Assembly (NCBI RefSeq): GCF_004010195.1
Contig: NC_057718.1
Location: 32,548,519 to 32,591,736 of the forward strand
From: Chiloscyllium plagiosum
Lineage: Eukaryota
Reading direction: 5' to 3'
Length of the DNA: 43,218 bases
Under the pieces are notes generated by a model. That model had not been told where the DNA came from. It saw only the letters and a list, made by a program, of their open reading frames with translations, and did no database searches. This document shows positions 12,550 to 24,191 of the stretch, piece after piece (positions within the stretch are counted from its first letter, which is position 1; each line of letters starts with the position of its first letter). The translations under genes were made by a program, and so were the position numbers.

Positions 12550-13585
12550 GTAATTGAGAAAAGTAATTAATGATAATGTCCATGTGCAATACCCTGTATG
12601 TGTATTTGTTAAAGTTGTTGTCTAACAAGTCAAATTTTTTTGTCCAATGTCATAACCTTGTATTAAGCTATACTGGACCTCTTCTACAGTCCTTCAAACT
12701 GTACTAAGGGTGTTATTAAAAAATTAGGATGGAAATTAATGCAGACATTTCCAATGTTATTACAATTGCTCTCTTAAAGCAAGTTTTTTTAGGATGAGTC
12801 GAAGGGCATTTTTGATTATTTATGTGATGCAGAACACATAAAAGTTAGAATATTTTTTTCTTCAACAGTACATTCCTCAAGCTTCTACAGATTCTTTCTT
12901 CAATCTGCTGTGTTAAGCATGATGGTATTGCTGATCAGACCTCAAATTAAACACACTCGTGTTTGGTTTATACAGTATATGACAACAGATAGTCAGGTTG
13001 GCTCAGTGTGAAATCTTTGCATGGACAGGTGTGCCTCCATTATCACGTTTTGCCTGTCTTACCATTTACTATTGGTTTACATTCACAGAAAAACGTGTTA
13101 CCTTTTTTGCTTGATTGTAATGTTTTGTTTCTCTCTCTTAAACGTGAATGCACTGTGGCAGAGCTTCCCCTGTCTGTAGCTGGATCTTCCCCTTTCCTGT
13201 GTCTGCCTGCTTGGAACACATGAATGCAAAAAAAGGTGACAGTATTCCTGGCCCCTTGCTTTTCTTTCCTGTATCTTTTTTTATGTAGAAGAAAAGTATC
13301 GCATGTCTGCTTTATGGAGAGTGATAAAAGGTTTGCTCCAAAAACAAAGCTAAAAAAATTACCTCTTTTTAACTTAAACAATGTACAATACATTGGCTGG
13401 CTGAATCAAAATGTTTTAAGTTTAGTTTCTTTTTTTTGTGATGCTTTGTTTGTACAAAAGGTATTTTCTTCATGGATGTATTTTACATTTCCTGCCATCA
13501 TTAGTGTTATTTCATTATTACTGTGTGCCAAATGTACTGTATTCAACAGGACGTGAATGTGTACTGTTTGTTTTAAAACCCAACA

Positions 13586-13591
13586 ATTAAA
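13586..13591 (+). terminator. PRKCE: Probable distal polyadenylation signal (ATTAAA) of PRKCE
   Basis: Preceded by multiple TGTA (CFIm) motifs at 13450-13565 and followed ~20-40 nt later by GU/U-rich GGTTTGCTGGTTTTCTTTCTGGGTT; transposon-derived sequence resumes shortly afterwards. Confidence 0.6.
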
Positions 13592-13764
13592 AAACTACAG
13601 TGTTGAGACAAGGTTTGCTGGTTTTCTTTCTGGGTTATACAGTTTATAACAAAATCACTTTAATTTACTTTATAAAAGAGCACAAATGTCTTTGTCAGCT
13701 GATGGCAATTCACTTCGGAAATGCTTTGTAAATGATTGCAAAGTCTTGAAGATCTTCTCCAGTA

Positions 13765-14006
13765 ACACGGCCATCTGCAAGTTTCCCTCTTGCTCACTCA
13801 TCATCCAGACTTGGAAATATATTGGGGTTACCTTAGTCTCACCTGGGTCAAGATCCTGGAAATCCCTCCCTAACTTCATTGGGGGCTATACCCACAGCAT
13901 CTGGAGTGTAGCAGTTCAAAAAGACAGCTCGCCACCACCTTCTCAATGGGCAATACATTCTGGCCCAGCCAGTAATGCCTGCATCCCATGAGTGAAGAAA
14001 TTAAAA
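13765..14006 (+). mobile_element. 3' end of a CR1/L2-clade LINE
   Basis: Tail motif CAGCTCGCCACCACCTTCTCAATGGGCAATA...GGCCCAGCCAGTAATGCCTGCATCCCATGAGTGAA. Confidence 0.6.
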
Positions 14007-14042
14007 CTAAATGCACTTTGCTATTAGTGCAATCCCAGCTCA

Positions 14043-15240
14043 TGTTCATACTGGACAAGTCTGAACCCAAAGTGAAACCCAGCTTGATGAACCTTAATTT
14101 GGTTTCTGGAATTCAGTTTCTGAACATATTCAGAAGAGTATGCAAGTGGACTTTTAACAGAAACAATAAATCATTTATTTAACAAGGGAAAAGAAAACAT
14201 GAACTATATTACACAAGACAAAGACGTTGGGAAGGTTTCAGTGTAAACACCAGACATGGGATTTAGTTTGACACTAATCCTTTTATCCCAGTTAAATCCT
14301 TACAAACACCCAACCCCAATGAAGTTAAAAATCACACAACACCAGGTTATAGTCCAACAGGTTTAATTGGAAGCACTAGCTTTCAGTTCGCCACTCCTTC
14401 ACCAGGCGGTTGTGGAGGACACAATTGTAAGACACAGAATTTATAGCAAAAGTTTACAGTGTGATGTAACTGAAATTATACATTGAAAAATACCTTGATT
14501 GTTTGTTGAGTCTTTCATTTGTTAGAATACCATGACAGTTTCACTTCTTTCATGTGTAAATCACAAAACTTGCTTTTAAAGTTACATTCCCAGGTTAACT
14601 GTAAAAATTGGTTTTAGCCAGATAATATGTTGAAGGTGTTAGCCCCCTGTGTTCCCTGTCTGTGCCATAATGTTTAGACTGATTCTAATCTAAAAAGTGA
14701 GTTGACAGAGTCTTATATGGATTCATTAAGTCTCACTGTCTCCACATTAAGGGGGTGGCTCAGTTCTGGTGCAGCTGCAACTGCTTTCCTTCCAGTGACT
14801 TGCTGTAGAATCAGTAGCTGCTTTCCTTCAGCTGATGTCTCTCCCTGAGATGCCTAAAACAAACTGCAAAGAGAACTCCCTCCTACTTTAACTTCAGAGC
14901 AAACATGTAAGTTTCCCTAAAGTCTGTTTTCAGCATTATTGCAGGATTTCTAACTTGAGAGTTTAACTCTCCTGCTTTCACTCTCTGGCATAAATGCAAG
15001 CTGACAAACTGACGCCTGGATTTTGCTGTCTGTGTTCCCAAATGGTTGTCACTGAGCAACGGAACAGATTTATTGCTCATGTACAAACCTTATTAAAATG
15101 GATATATACCAACAAGGCTCTGGACCTCTTAGGCCAAGCCCACAAAAACAACTCTAAAACTAAAACCTCATCTCCCTCTTCTTAGCACAAAAAAAAACAA
15201 AGATAGGAACTAAACTTAAAGTTATACATTGTTTTTAACA
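14043..15240 (-). mobile_element. Possible solo LTR, interrupted by a PLE-derived insertion
   Basis: TGTT...AACA termini and organisation similar to the 16339 LTR; no convincing TSD. Confidence 0.3.
14322..14727 (-). mobile_element. Penelope-like element 3' terminal fragment (family A) with degenerate hammerhead
   Basis: Terminus AAGTTAAAAATCACACAACACCAGGTTATAGTCCAACAGG shared with 35167; minus strand reads CCTGGTGAAGGAGTGGCGAACTGAAAGCTA (14377-14406). Confidence 0.65.
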
Positions 15241-15499
15241 GTTTCAATGCCATCAAATAAATAAAGATTTATAAGTGTCATTCTTGGGTGATTCCAATTT
15301 ATGTTGATGGTAAGACAATAGACATTTCTTTGTTGCATTATATTCTGTACTGCAATATTATTTTCCCAAACTCTCCTTGTGAATTCCATATACATTGTTT
15401 TGATCAATGGTGCATAAATATAGTCCAAACAGAAACAGGGAAGTAAGGGAAGGAAACAGGAAACTTCATCAAGACTTTCACAGAGAATAGCAACTGTGT

Positions 15500-16130
15500 C
15501 TTGTGAAAACAATCAAAATGGTGAAAAGCTCAAAGCAACAAATTATTCTCTTCTCATGTCTAGGTGGGAGTTGTGTTACAGTTACAAAAAGGTTTTGCAG
15601 AATACTGCATTCAGTTCTGGGCCCCATACTTTACAAAAGGTGTGCTGTTTTGGGGGGGGGGATTGCTATGCAGATTCGTCAGACTAATACTGAGATTAAA
15701 GAAAAAAAGGATGACATTAGGAAGATGGCTTGAATAGACTGTTTCCTCATGAGCATAGAAGATTCAGGAATGGTCTAATTAAGGTGCAATCATTAGAACA
15801 GTTGATGGTATAAATGGAAAGGTTATGTCAGGAAAGAACATAAATCTCAGAGCAGGAGTACACAATTCAGCCCCTCGGGCTTGCTTCACCATTTGGTACA
15901 ATCATGGCCAATCTCATCTCTGCCTCAACTCCATTTTCCTGCCCAGTCTCCTTAACCCTTCAACCCATTATTAATTAACATTCTGTCTATCTCCTCCTGA
16001 AAGAAGGACAGAACCAGCGGAACAACTTCACATCGACAGCTTGGTCTTTCAGGATTGATTTAAGGAAACACAAGCAAAGAATAGTCTTAAGCATACTGCC
16101 CAAAAAATGATTCATAGAAAAATTCAAAAT
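15500..16130 (+). mobile_element. Degenerate CR1 ORF2 3' fragment, with a minus-strand CR1 tail inserted at ~15832-16000
   Basis: CAGTTCTGGGCCCCATAC (QFWAPY motif) and GCTTGAATAGACTGTTT; the insert reads like an inverted CR1 3'UTR. Confidence 0.5.
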
Positions 16131-16496
16131 GAGAAAATTACCACATATGTTCTGTATCCTCTCACGTGCTCCCCATTTAATCCCAGGAGTGATATGAGTA
16201 ACTGTAATTTAGTGTCTAGGCTTTGCATTCAACAATGGAATGACAGTGTTGACAACTAACTACAAAGGTCTATCAAGCTCCTGACCATGCCCAGCAGGCT
16301 AATGGCTGAACCCCAGTAATGCCTGTGCTGTAACAGTTTGTTATGGACCAGGCCAGACCCCTTCAAAACATTCCAAGATGGTAGCCCAGACCCTAACTTT
16401 GCTAGTTGTTTCAAGCAGGTATACAGTGGATATTCCAGGAGAGTTGCTGCTGGTCAAACCACTTAGTTTTAAACAAAACAGAATTTATTTACAAGA

Positions 16497-17343
16497 TAGG
16501 CTGGGGCTGTTTTCCCTAGAGTGCCGAAGGCTGAGGGGTGACCTTATAGAAGTTTATAAAATCATAAGGAGCATGGAAAGGGTAAATAGACAAGGTAGTT
16601 TCCCTAGGGTGAGGGCGTCCAGACCTAGAGGGCATAAGTTTAGGGTAAGAGGGGAAAGATATAAAAGATACCTAAGGGGCAACCTTTTCACACAGAGGGT
16701 GGTATGTGTATGGAATGAGCTACCAGAGGAAGTGCTGAAGGTTGGTACAATTGTAGCATTTAAAAGGCATCTGGGTGGGTATACGGAATAGAGTCATAGC
16801 GATGTACAGCATGGAAACAGACCCTTCGGTCCAACCTGTCCATGCCGACCAGGTATCCCAACCCAATCTAGTCCCACCTGCCAGCACCTGGCCCATATCC
16901 CTCCAAACCCTTCCTATTCATATACCCATCCAAATGCCTGTTAAATGTTGCAATTGTACCAGCCTCCACCACATCCTCTGGCAGCTCGTTCCATACACGT
17001 ACCACCCTCTGCATGGAAAGGTTGCCCCTTATGACTCTTTTATATCTTTCCCCTCTCACCCTAAACCTATGGCCTCTAGTTCTGTACTCCCTGACCTGAG
17101 GGAAAAGACTTTGTCTATTTATCCTATCCATGCCCCTCATAATTTTGTAAACCTCTATAAGGTCACCCCTCAGCCTCCAATGCTCTAGGGAAAACAGCCC
17201 CAGCCTGTAGGAAAGGTTCGGAGGGATATGGGCCAGGTGCTGGCAGGTGGGACTAGATTGGGTTGGGATATCTGGTCGGCGTGGACAAGTTCGACTGAAG
17301 AGTCTGTTTCCGTGCTGTACACCTCTACCACTCTATGACTCTA
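16497..17343 (+). mobile_element. CR1 LINE 3' end (outer copy: 16497-16788 plus 17207-17343)
   Basis: ORF2 C-terminus [22 protein letters not shown]...FTQRVVCVWNELPEEV; tail CTCTATGACTCT. Confidence 0.9.
16789..17206 (-). mobile_element. CR1 LINE 3' end inserted in opposite orientation inside the outer CR1
   Basis: ORF 16868-17140 (...QRVVRVWNELPEDVVEAGTIATFNRHLDGYM); tail reads TAGAGTCATAG on the + strand. Confidence 0.9.
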
Positions 17344-17915
17344 TTACCAAATGAATCATAAAGAAAAGAGAACAGAATATTCCCCCAGAATACAGAATAA
17401 CGTAACCAATCCAAAAACCCACCAGAGCATCCCAACATAATGATGCTGTTCCCAATACTTTCAACAATCCCCATAAACATCCCTTGGTATAAAGGGAAAA
17501 TCAAACACAAGGTCTTAGAGGAGAGAAGTCAGAGAGAGCACAGCATGGACCTGCTTCTTTGGGTTCAGCAACTTTTACAACACCAATGCTAAAAACCAAA
17601 CCAAACCATAGAAAAGCTGAGTTGGGAGAACTGGCCGCACCCCTTTCATTGAACAAGTGTTTTATTCCAAAAACTTGAAACCCATTGCATGAGGCAGTTT
17701 CTGTTAGTTATAACCAAATTGACCCTAGAACACTTCAACTTAGACCTTTTGGAGTCTGTGTCTTTTACAACCTCTGAGAAAAAAAGGACAACATAACCTT
17801 GTTAAAGGAGCAGCTTTGTCACAGGCTAGGTCTGAGAAAGATGAGTTGCTGAGGATGCAGTCGCCTGTGATTCTCCCATTGCCTGCTCACGGTACAGTAG
17901 CTGCTGACTCCACAA

Positions 17916-20649
17916 TGTAGGAGCAAATTACTGCAGATACTGGAACCTGTACTGAAAACAACAGATGCTGGAGATCACAGCAGGTCAGACAGCATCCATG
18001 GAGAGAGAGCAAGCTAAGGTTTCATGTCTAGATGATTCATCATCAGAACTGACATGAAGTGTGTAGGGGGCAGCACTTATGCAATAGTTGGAGGTGGGGG
18101 TTGGAGTGCTGGTGGAGAAATGATGTTGATAATGCAGATTAAGTGATCAGAATGTGAGAACAATGGTGTGTCTAACTAATAGACTGAAAGTTCAGGCAGT
18201 CCCACTGGAGTGGTGGGGAGCGGGGAAATAGAGGACATGGTGACAGAGAATGTAACAAGCAAAGCTAAAAGAAAGGGAAAGAATGGGGGTGGATTCACTA
18301 TGTGAAGGTGTTGAACTCAATATTAAGGTTGTAAAGTGCCTAGTCTGAAGATGAGATGTTGTTCTCCAGTTTGTCCTGGAATTCACTGGAACACTGCAGC
18401 AGACATGCGGGCATGCGAGCAGGATGCTGTGTTAAAATAATCGGCTATGGGAAGGTCGGGGTCCTGCTTACACACAGACCGGAGTTGTTCGGCAAAGTGG
18501 TCACCCAGTTTGTGTTTGGTTTCTCCAATGTAGAGTAGGCCACATTGGGTGCAGTGAACCCAATACACAAGATTGGAGGATGTCCCGGTGAAATGCTGCT
18601 TCACCTGGAAAGACAGTTTTGGCCCTTGGATGGTGAGCAGGGAGGAGGTGAAGGGGCAGGTGTTGCACCTTCTGCAGTTACATGGGAAGGTGCCATAGAG
18701 AGGGGGGATAGTGTTGATTGTCAAGGAATGGACTAGGATATTCCAAAGGGAAGAATACCTGTGAAGTGCAGACAGGGAGAGCGAGGGAAAGATGTGTTTG
18801 ATGGTGGCAATTTGCTGGAATTGTCTGAAATGGCAGAGAATGATGCTTTGAAACAGAGGCTGGTGGGGTGAAAAGTGAGTGATGGGAAGGAACAAGGCGG
18901 AAGCACAGGGGTGATAGGTCAGATACGGTGAGGTCCCTGTCAACCACAGTGGGAGGGAAACCATGGTCATGGAAGAAGGAAACCATGTCAGCGGCACTGT
19001 TATGGAAGGTGGCATCATCCAATCAGATGCAATGTAGGCGAAGGAACTGGGAGAATAGGATGGAGTCCTTGCAGGATAGGGGGTGTTGACAAGCTGTAGT
19101 GAAGGTAGATATGGGAGTCTGTGAGTTTGTAGTGGATGGCAATGGATAATCTATTCCCCAAAATGGAGATTGACAAGTAATGGAAAGGAAAGGAAGTGTC
19201 GGGATTGGATGATGTGAAAGTTATAGAAGAGTGGAAATTGGAGGCAATATTAACACATTTTTCAAGGTCCAGGTGAGACCATGAACCAGCTCCGAAACAA
19301 CCATCGATATGCCAATAAAAGAGTTGTGGAGGGGGTGTAGTAGGACTGGAACAAGGATTGCTCCATATACCCTCTAAAGAGGCAGGCATAACTCGGAGAA
19401 ATTGTTCAGAGACCAACAGCCAAGCAGAAGAGAATGGCGTTGGATGGGGATTGTTCAGGCCTCTGGCTGAGGAAGAAGCCAAAGCTCTCAGACCAACCTG
19501 GTTGGGAATGGACATATACAGGGATTGGACATCCATGGTGAACAGGAGGCAGTTAGGGCAAGGGACCTGGAAATTGTCAATATGGCAGAGGGCATCAGAG
19601 GAATTGCAGATTTAGGTGGGCAGGGACTCGCCAGGTGGAAAAAGGATAGAGTCAAGGTAGGAGGAAATAAGCTCACTGGGGCAGGAACAGGCAGATACAA
19701 TGGGCCTTACCAGGAAAGTCGGGTTTGTGGATGTTGGGAGGGAGGTAGAAGCAGACTGTGTGGCCTTGGGAGACTAAACCTTTGCATGCAGTGGGAGGAT
19801 GTTCTCCAGCGGTAATGAGGTCTGCATCCCTGCATTTCACAGGGATTGTTTCCTCCAGGACACCCTAGTCCATTTATCAACACCGACATCACCCACGTCT
19901 TCCCATGGCACCTTCCTGTGCAATACCTGCACCTTCCCCCCTCCCTGCTCATCATCCAAGGGCCGAAACAGTCTTTTCAAGTGAAGCAGCATGTCACCTG
20001 ACCACCTTGAATCTTATGTATTGTATTTGCTGCACCTAATGTGGCCTACTCTGCATTGGAGACCAAATGCAGACTGGGTGATGGTTTTGCAGAAAACCTC
20101 CAGTCCATGTGTAAGTAGGACCCTGACCTTCCAGTTACTGATTATTTTAACACAGCATCCTGTTCACATGCCCGCATGTCTGTCCTCGGCATGCTGCAGT
20201 GTTCCAGTGAATCCCAGCACAAACTGGAGGAACAACATCTCATCTTCAAAGTAGGCAGTTTACAATGTCCTGGGCACAATATTGAGTTCAATTCAGATTG
20301 TGAACCTTCAGATTGTGAACCCACTCCCATTCCTTCCCTTTCTTTTACCTTGTTATATTCTCTGTCACTATGTCCTCTCTCCCCTACCCCCACCCCAATG
20401 GGACTGTCTGTGCCTTCCAGTCTAGTGTTCAGACATGCCAATGTTCTGCCAGTCTCACATTCTGATCACTTCATCTGATCTATCAACATCGTTTCTCCCC
20501 CAACAGCCCCTCACTATTGCATAAATGCTGTCCCCTCCACGCTTCACGTCAGCTCGGATGAAGAGTTGTTTAGACTCAAAGCATTAGCTTACGCTCTCTC
20601 CATGGATGCTGCCTGACCCACTGTGATCTCCAGCGTGTTTTGTTTTCAT
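17916..20649. mobile_element. Penelope-like element with inverted duplication: minus-strand RT plus GIY-YIG (17916-~19820), and plus-strand GIY-YIG plus pLTR (~19820-20649)
   Basis: 14-bp TSD TGCTGACTCCACAA (17902-17915 and 20650-20663). RT motifs MDVQSLY and degenerate YIDD (FYWHIDG); GIY-YIG NLVYWVHCTQCGLLYIGET. Hammerhead-like cores near 18016-18046 (-) and 20555-20585 (+). Multiple stops and frameshifts. Confidence 0.88.
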
Positions 20650-21032
20650 TGCTGACTCCACAAATTGGTTCAGGAAATATTGTCCAGTGATAAGCATAGG
20701 TGGCTTTGTTCACTTCAAGTGTGCGTTTTCTGCTTCAGACTTTATTTTAATAAAGGTGTCTAAAATCTCACCTTATTCTGCAACCTCAGCCTTCTTTCCA
20801 AACTATACTAAAAGTTAAGGTTGTACTTTTGCTTACTACCAATGTTGACTTGACTCAACTGCGTGATACATATTGGTGAAGACATGTTTCCATTCCTTCA
20901 TTTCACCGCAAAAACATCCATACTGGATTTTCCATGAGCCACACTAACTGTACAAAGTAATGCCAGCTTCTCAGTTGAGTTTGAAAATCAAACCAGTGAG
21001 CTTTTATAAACTTTGCCAGGCTTAAACAAGTA

Positions 21033-21232
21033 GATGACAGTGTAGCAGTAATGCTATTAGACTAGTCATGGAAAAACCTTGGTTAATATTCTGGGGCATG
21101 GTTTTCGAACTCACTCATGGCTGAAGGAATTTAAATTTAATTAATAGAGCTGTATTGCAAAGCTGAAGTTATGAAACTACTGTTGATTGTTGTATAAACC
21201 TGATTAGTTCACTCATGCCCCTTAGGGAAGGC
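21033..21232 (+). mobile_element. Old tRNA-derived SINE fragment
   Basis: Degenerate tRNA head (GTGTAGCAGTAATG...GGTTTTCGAACTC) and GTTCACTCATGCCCCTTAGGGAAGG body. Confidence 0.45.
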
Positions 21233-21677
21233 TTTGAAACTACAGCTTTCATGAAATGAAAGAATGACAATAAACAAATGAAAATTTTAACTCCTGTCTG
21301 AGATGTAAAGTCCCTCAAGTGTTTCTATCATTCTCAAGGAAATATGCTGCGGGTACAATTGCTATACAGAGCCAAAAATAAGAGAAAACGTACACCAAAT
21401 ATGTCGAACTTCATGCTCCCCAGAAGCAGGCTGGGAAGCAGGAGAGCCTGTATAAATGAGCATGATGCTGCAGGCTAGTGATCCCATTGCTTTCCTCTTC
21501 CCCCGATTAAACATGGGCAAAAAAGGTCAAGAACACCCTTTCTGTACAGAAGCCTTAAGTGACCATCTGAGGGTCTCACCCTGCCATTGCTGACCTTTAG
21601 ACATCAGAGGGCAGAGGCAATGGTCTATAGGCACGCTGCCAGGTAAATCCTGACAGATATTCATGTGCTCTAACATA

Positions 21678-21785
21678 ATGTTAACACTGATTATTTCCCA
21701 TAGATGTTTCCAGATCTGCTGAGCTTTTTCCAGCAATTTCTGCTTTTGTTTCTGATTTCCAGCTTCTGCAGTTCTTTTGCCTTTT
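21678..21785 (+). mobile_element. PLE-derived terminal repeat fragment (family B)
   Basis: GTTAAC...AGATCTGCTGAGCTTTTTCCAGCAATTTCTGCTTTTGTTTCTGATTTCCAGC; homologous to 24192/24587 and 33050. Confidence 0.6.
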
Positions 21786-24191
21786 TCTGATATTCATGTG
21801 GTCTGGTTGCAGGATTGAAAAGGGGGGGGGGGAGTTGCAATCCAAATCCAGCAGAGAGGCCCAGTGGCATCAGGAACCACCCTGTAGACCTTACACCTGT
21901 CTCTAAAACTAATCCCATTTCCACAGTCATCCCTCCTTGGGAACTGTAGGTGGGGCTTACCAAATTTGCTTCAGCTCTCACTCCAGTGTCCAGAATGATC
22001 CCCTTGTAGTACCAGTAATGGTCAGTACTTCTGGTAGCACTATCAGCACTACACAACTGCCAACTTTTGACTGATCAGCAGTTTTGCAAGACGAGAAATG
22101 TTCCAAGAATAATTACACCCCAGTTCTAACTGGTTAAGTACCCAATTAATGTTAAGTCGGATCAGCTTGGTGAGGGTGCTGAGAATGGTCATGAATAGGT
22201 CACTGCTGGAAGCATTAAATTCCATCTTCCTTTTCAATTCAGTTCACTAGAAAATACATAACTTTTTATATCCTTTTACTGGAGTACAGTTTCTCCTGTT
22301 TTACTGCAGATTTCTAAATGCTCGTTTTAAATAATGGTCTGGGGATTTGAAGCATTCCTAATTAATAACTGTGACTACATTACTACAGGAATATTGGACA
22401 GTAGATCATGGCAGAGGGTACAAAATGGGTCCGATTTCACTTTGAGTAAATATGCCATAAAACTTAAGTTCTGATCTTGGACCCTGGATGACAATGAAAT
22501 CTCAAAAACAATTTGTTGACTGTTTTATGTCCAACAGTTTCTCAAACGTTTTCGTTTCCTCTTTCTGCTAGTTCACATTATATGTTACATCATAAAGAAA
22601 AATTGACAGCAAATACTGAATAAGTGGGGCCAGCAGTAAAAGCCTGGGAAAAGGAACAGCATGTTTTAAGGTTAAGAAAGTTTTCATATTTTAGCTCTAC
22701 AAAGAAAAGTCAGTTCATTTAAAATACATTTGAGAAGGTGAATTATTATTATGAAGGCATTTCTGAAAAAAGATGCACCCTCAGCATTGTTTTATTTTTA
22801 ACTTCTTTAGCGTGAAAGATCTTTACACATTTCAACATTAATCTTTTTTTCTGTTGCCATCAGCACATTTTCTGATGTAAAAAGCCAAATGGCTTTATGT
22901 ACAGCAAGCACAGCAATGGGAGAAAGTACATTATGTGTAAGCATAACACTAATGACAGATGTTTCATGAAAGCACATCACCAACATTTTGACAAGTGAGT
23001 TTGCAAACTGGCACACCTTATAGACAGACACACGCACATAGGCCATTAAAAGGTTAGGTTCAGAGGTAGCTGGAACAATGTAGGTGGGGGAAGAAAATGC
23101 TATGCTTCTTCTTTTAAAATGTAATCAACACAATCAGCAGTTATTCAGTTTAATCAAAATACTTAAATTAGCTGATAGTATCGGCTCTTAGTCACCTTTT
23201 ATGATTTCAATAGGAAAAGTAACCAAGTGGAACAAAATACAGTGTGGCCTGTTTTTATTTTGTTTTTAAAAAGCAAATTAATTAAAGGTGCTTAACAAAC
23301 CGTTCTTGCCACTGTGCAGAAAATCCAGCAAGTAATCATCGAATTTGATTTAATTTGAGTTGCAGTAAGTTTTTAATCCTCTAAATTTTCTTAGTAACTA
23401 TTAAGCTGAAGGGAGTTAGAATCTTTTGAAATCACCAGCTCTCAGGGACATTTTCAGAGGGTTCCAGGCACAGGGTAATTGGCCCAAGCAGGGATGTCAA
23501 TCTACAAAAGTTGGTTACAAGGAAGATTGAAGGTTTCTTGAAATAAAGAAGCTGCATTTCGAATGAATTTCTTGATTCAAGAGAATTCTAAATACTGTCC
23601 AGCCAGTGAAGTGTACTTTTGAAGTGTAGCCTTTATTGTAATGTAGGAAAAATGTTGCCCCAGAATTTCTGAACAGGGCCAGCAACACTATTTCTGAAGT
23701 GGATCGGACTAGGAAAGACACACTTACCATTTGATTAATTGTATCCTGGAATTTCCCAGATGTGAGCCCCCTTTTATGAACAGCGGAGACAAACGCCATA
23801 AGGAGGGTGTCAGGTCAGGAAAGTTCAGGGGTTGGAGAGCATGAAGTTAGAGCGTCAGTGGGGCAGATCGAGGTTCAGTTTGATAGGTATAAAGGAATTA
23901 CAGCAGATTTTTAATCCTCTAAGTTTTCCTAAGTAAAATGGGTAACTTTTCCTGTTAATTTTAAGAGAGTCTAAAGCCGCTGAACTTTCCGATGGTAGGA
24001 CACTTTCTCAGAAAGTTTGAGGTGCTGGGTCACTCTCTGAGGAAGTGTCAATTTCCTGGGAAATTGTCATGGTGCCAGCTGCATTGGGATTCTACATAAT
24101 AACTCCAATCCATCCTGCAGACGTGACCATCTAGCCATCAGTGTTTTGAGCCATTGTAATTAAGGAAAATGGGGAATGCAGGGAGTGAAAG

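Larger units (their letters stand above)
11036..13610 (+). promoter_or_regulatory. PRKCE: PRKCE 3'UTR (long isoform)
   Basis: U/GU-rich stretch with no recognisable transposons after the stop codon; contains a Pumilio element TGTAAATA (12439-12446) and several miRNA 8mer seeds; ends at an ATTAAA signal with upstream UGUA motifs. Confidence 0.7.
16339..17823 (-). mobile_element. Solo LTR (~640 bp net) split by nested CR1 insertions
   Basis: TGT...ACA termini (TGTTATGG / TTGTCACA), minus-strand AATAAA near 16484-16489; sequence appears to resume after 17345; no intact TSD. Confidence 0.5.

Noticed and set aside
13008..13556. ORFs within 13008-13556
   Set aside because: They lie in the U-rich PRKCE 3'UTR; the Phe/Leu/Lys bias reflects base composition.
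18383..19536. 211-aa and 173-aa ORFs as functional genes
   Set aside because: Frameshifted PLE RT/GIY-YIG remnants with a degenerate catalytic motif (HIDG in place of YIDD).
20292..20321. 15-bp tandem duplication TTCAGATTGTGAACC x2
   Set aside because: Ordinary slippage inside a decayed PLE arm.
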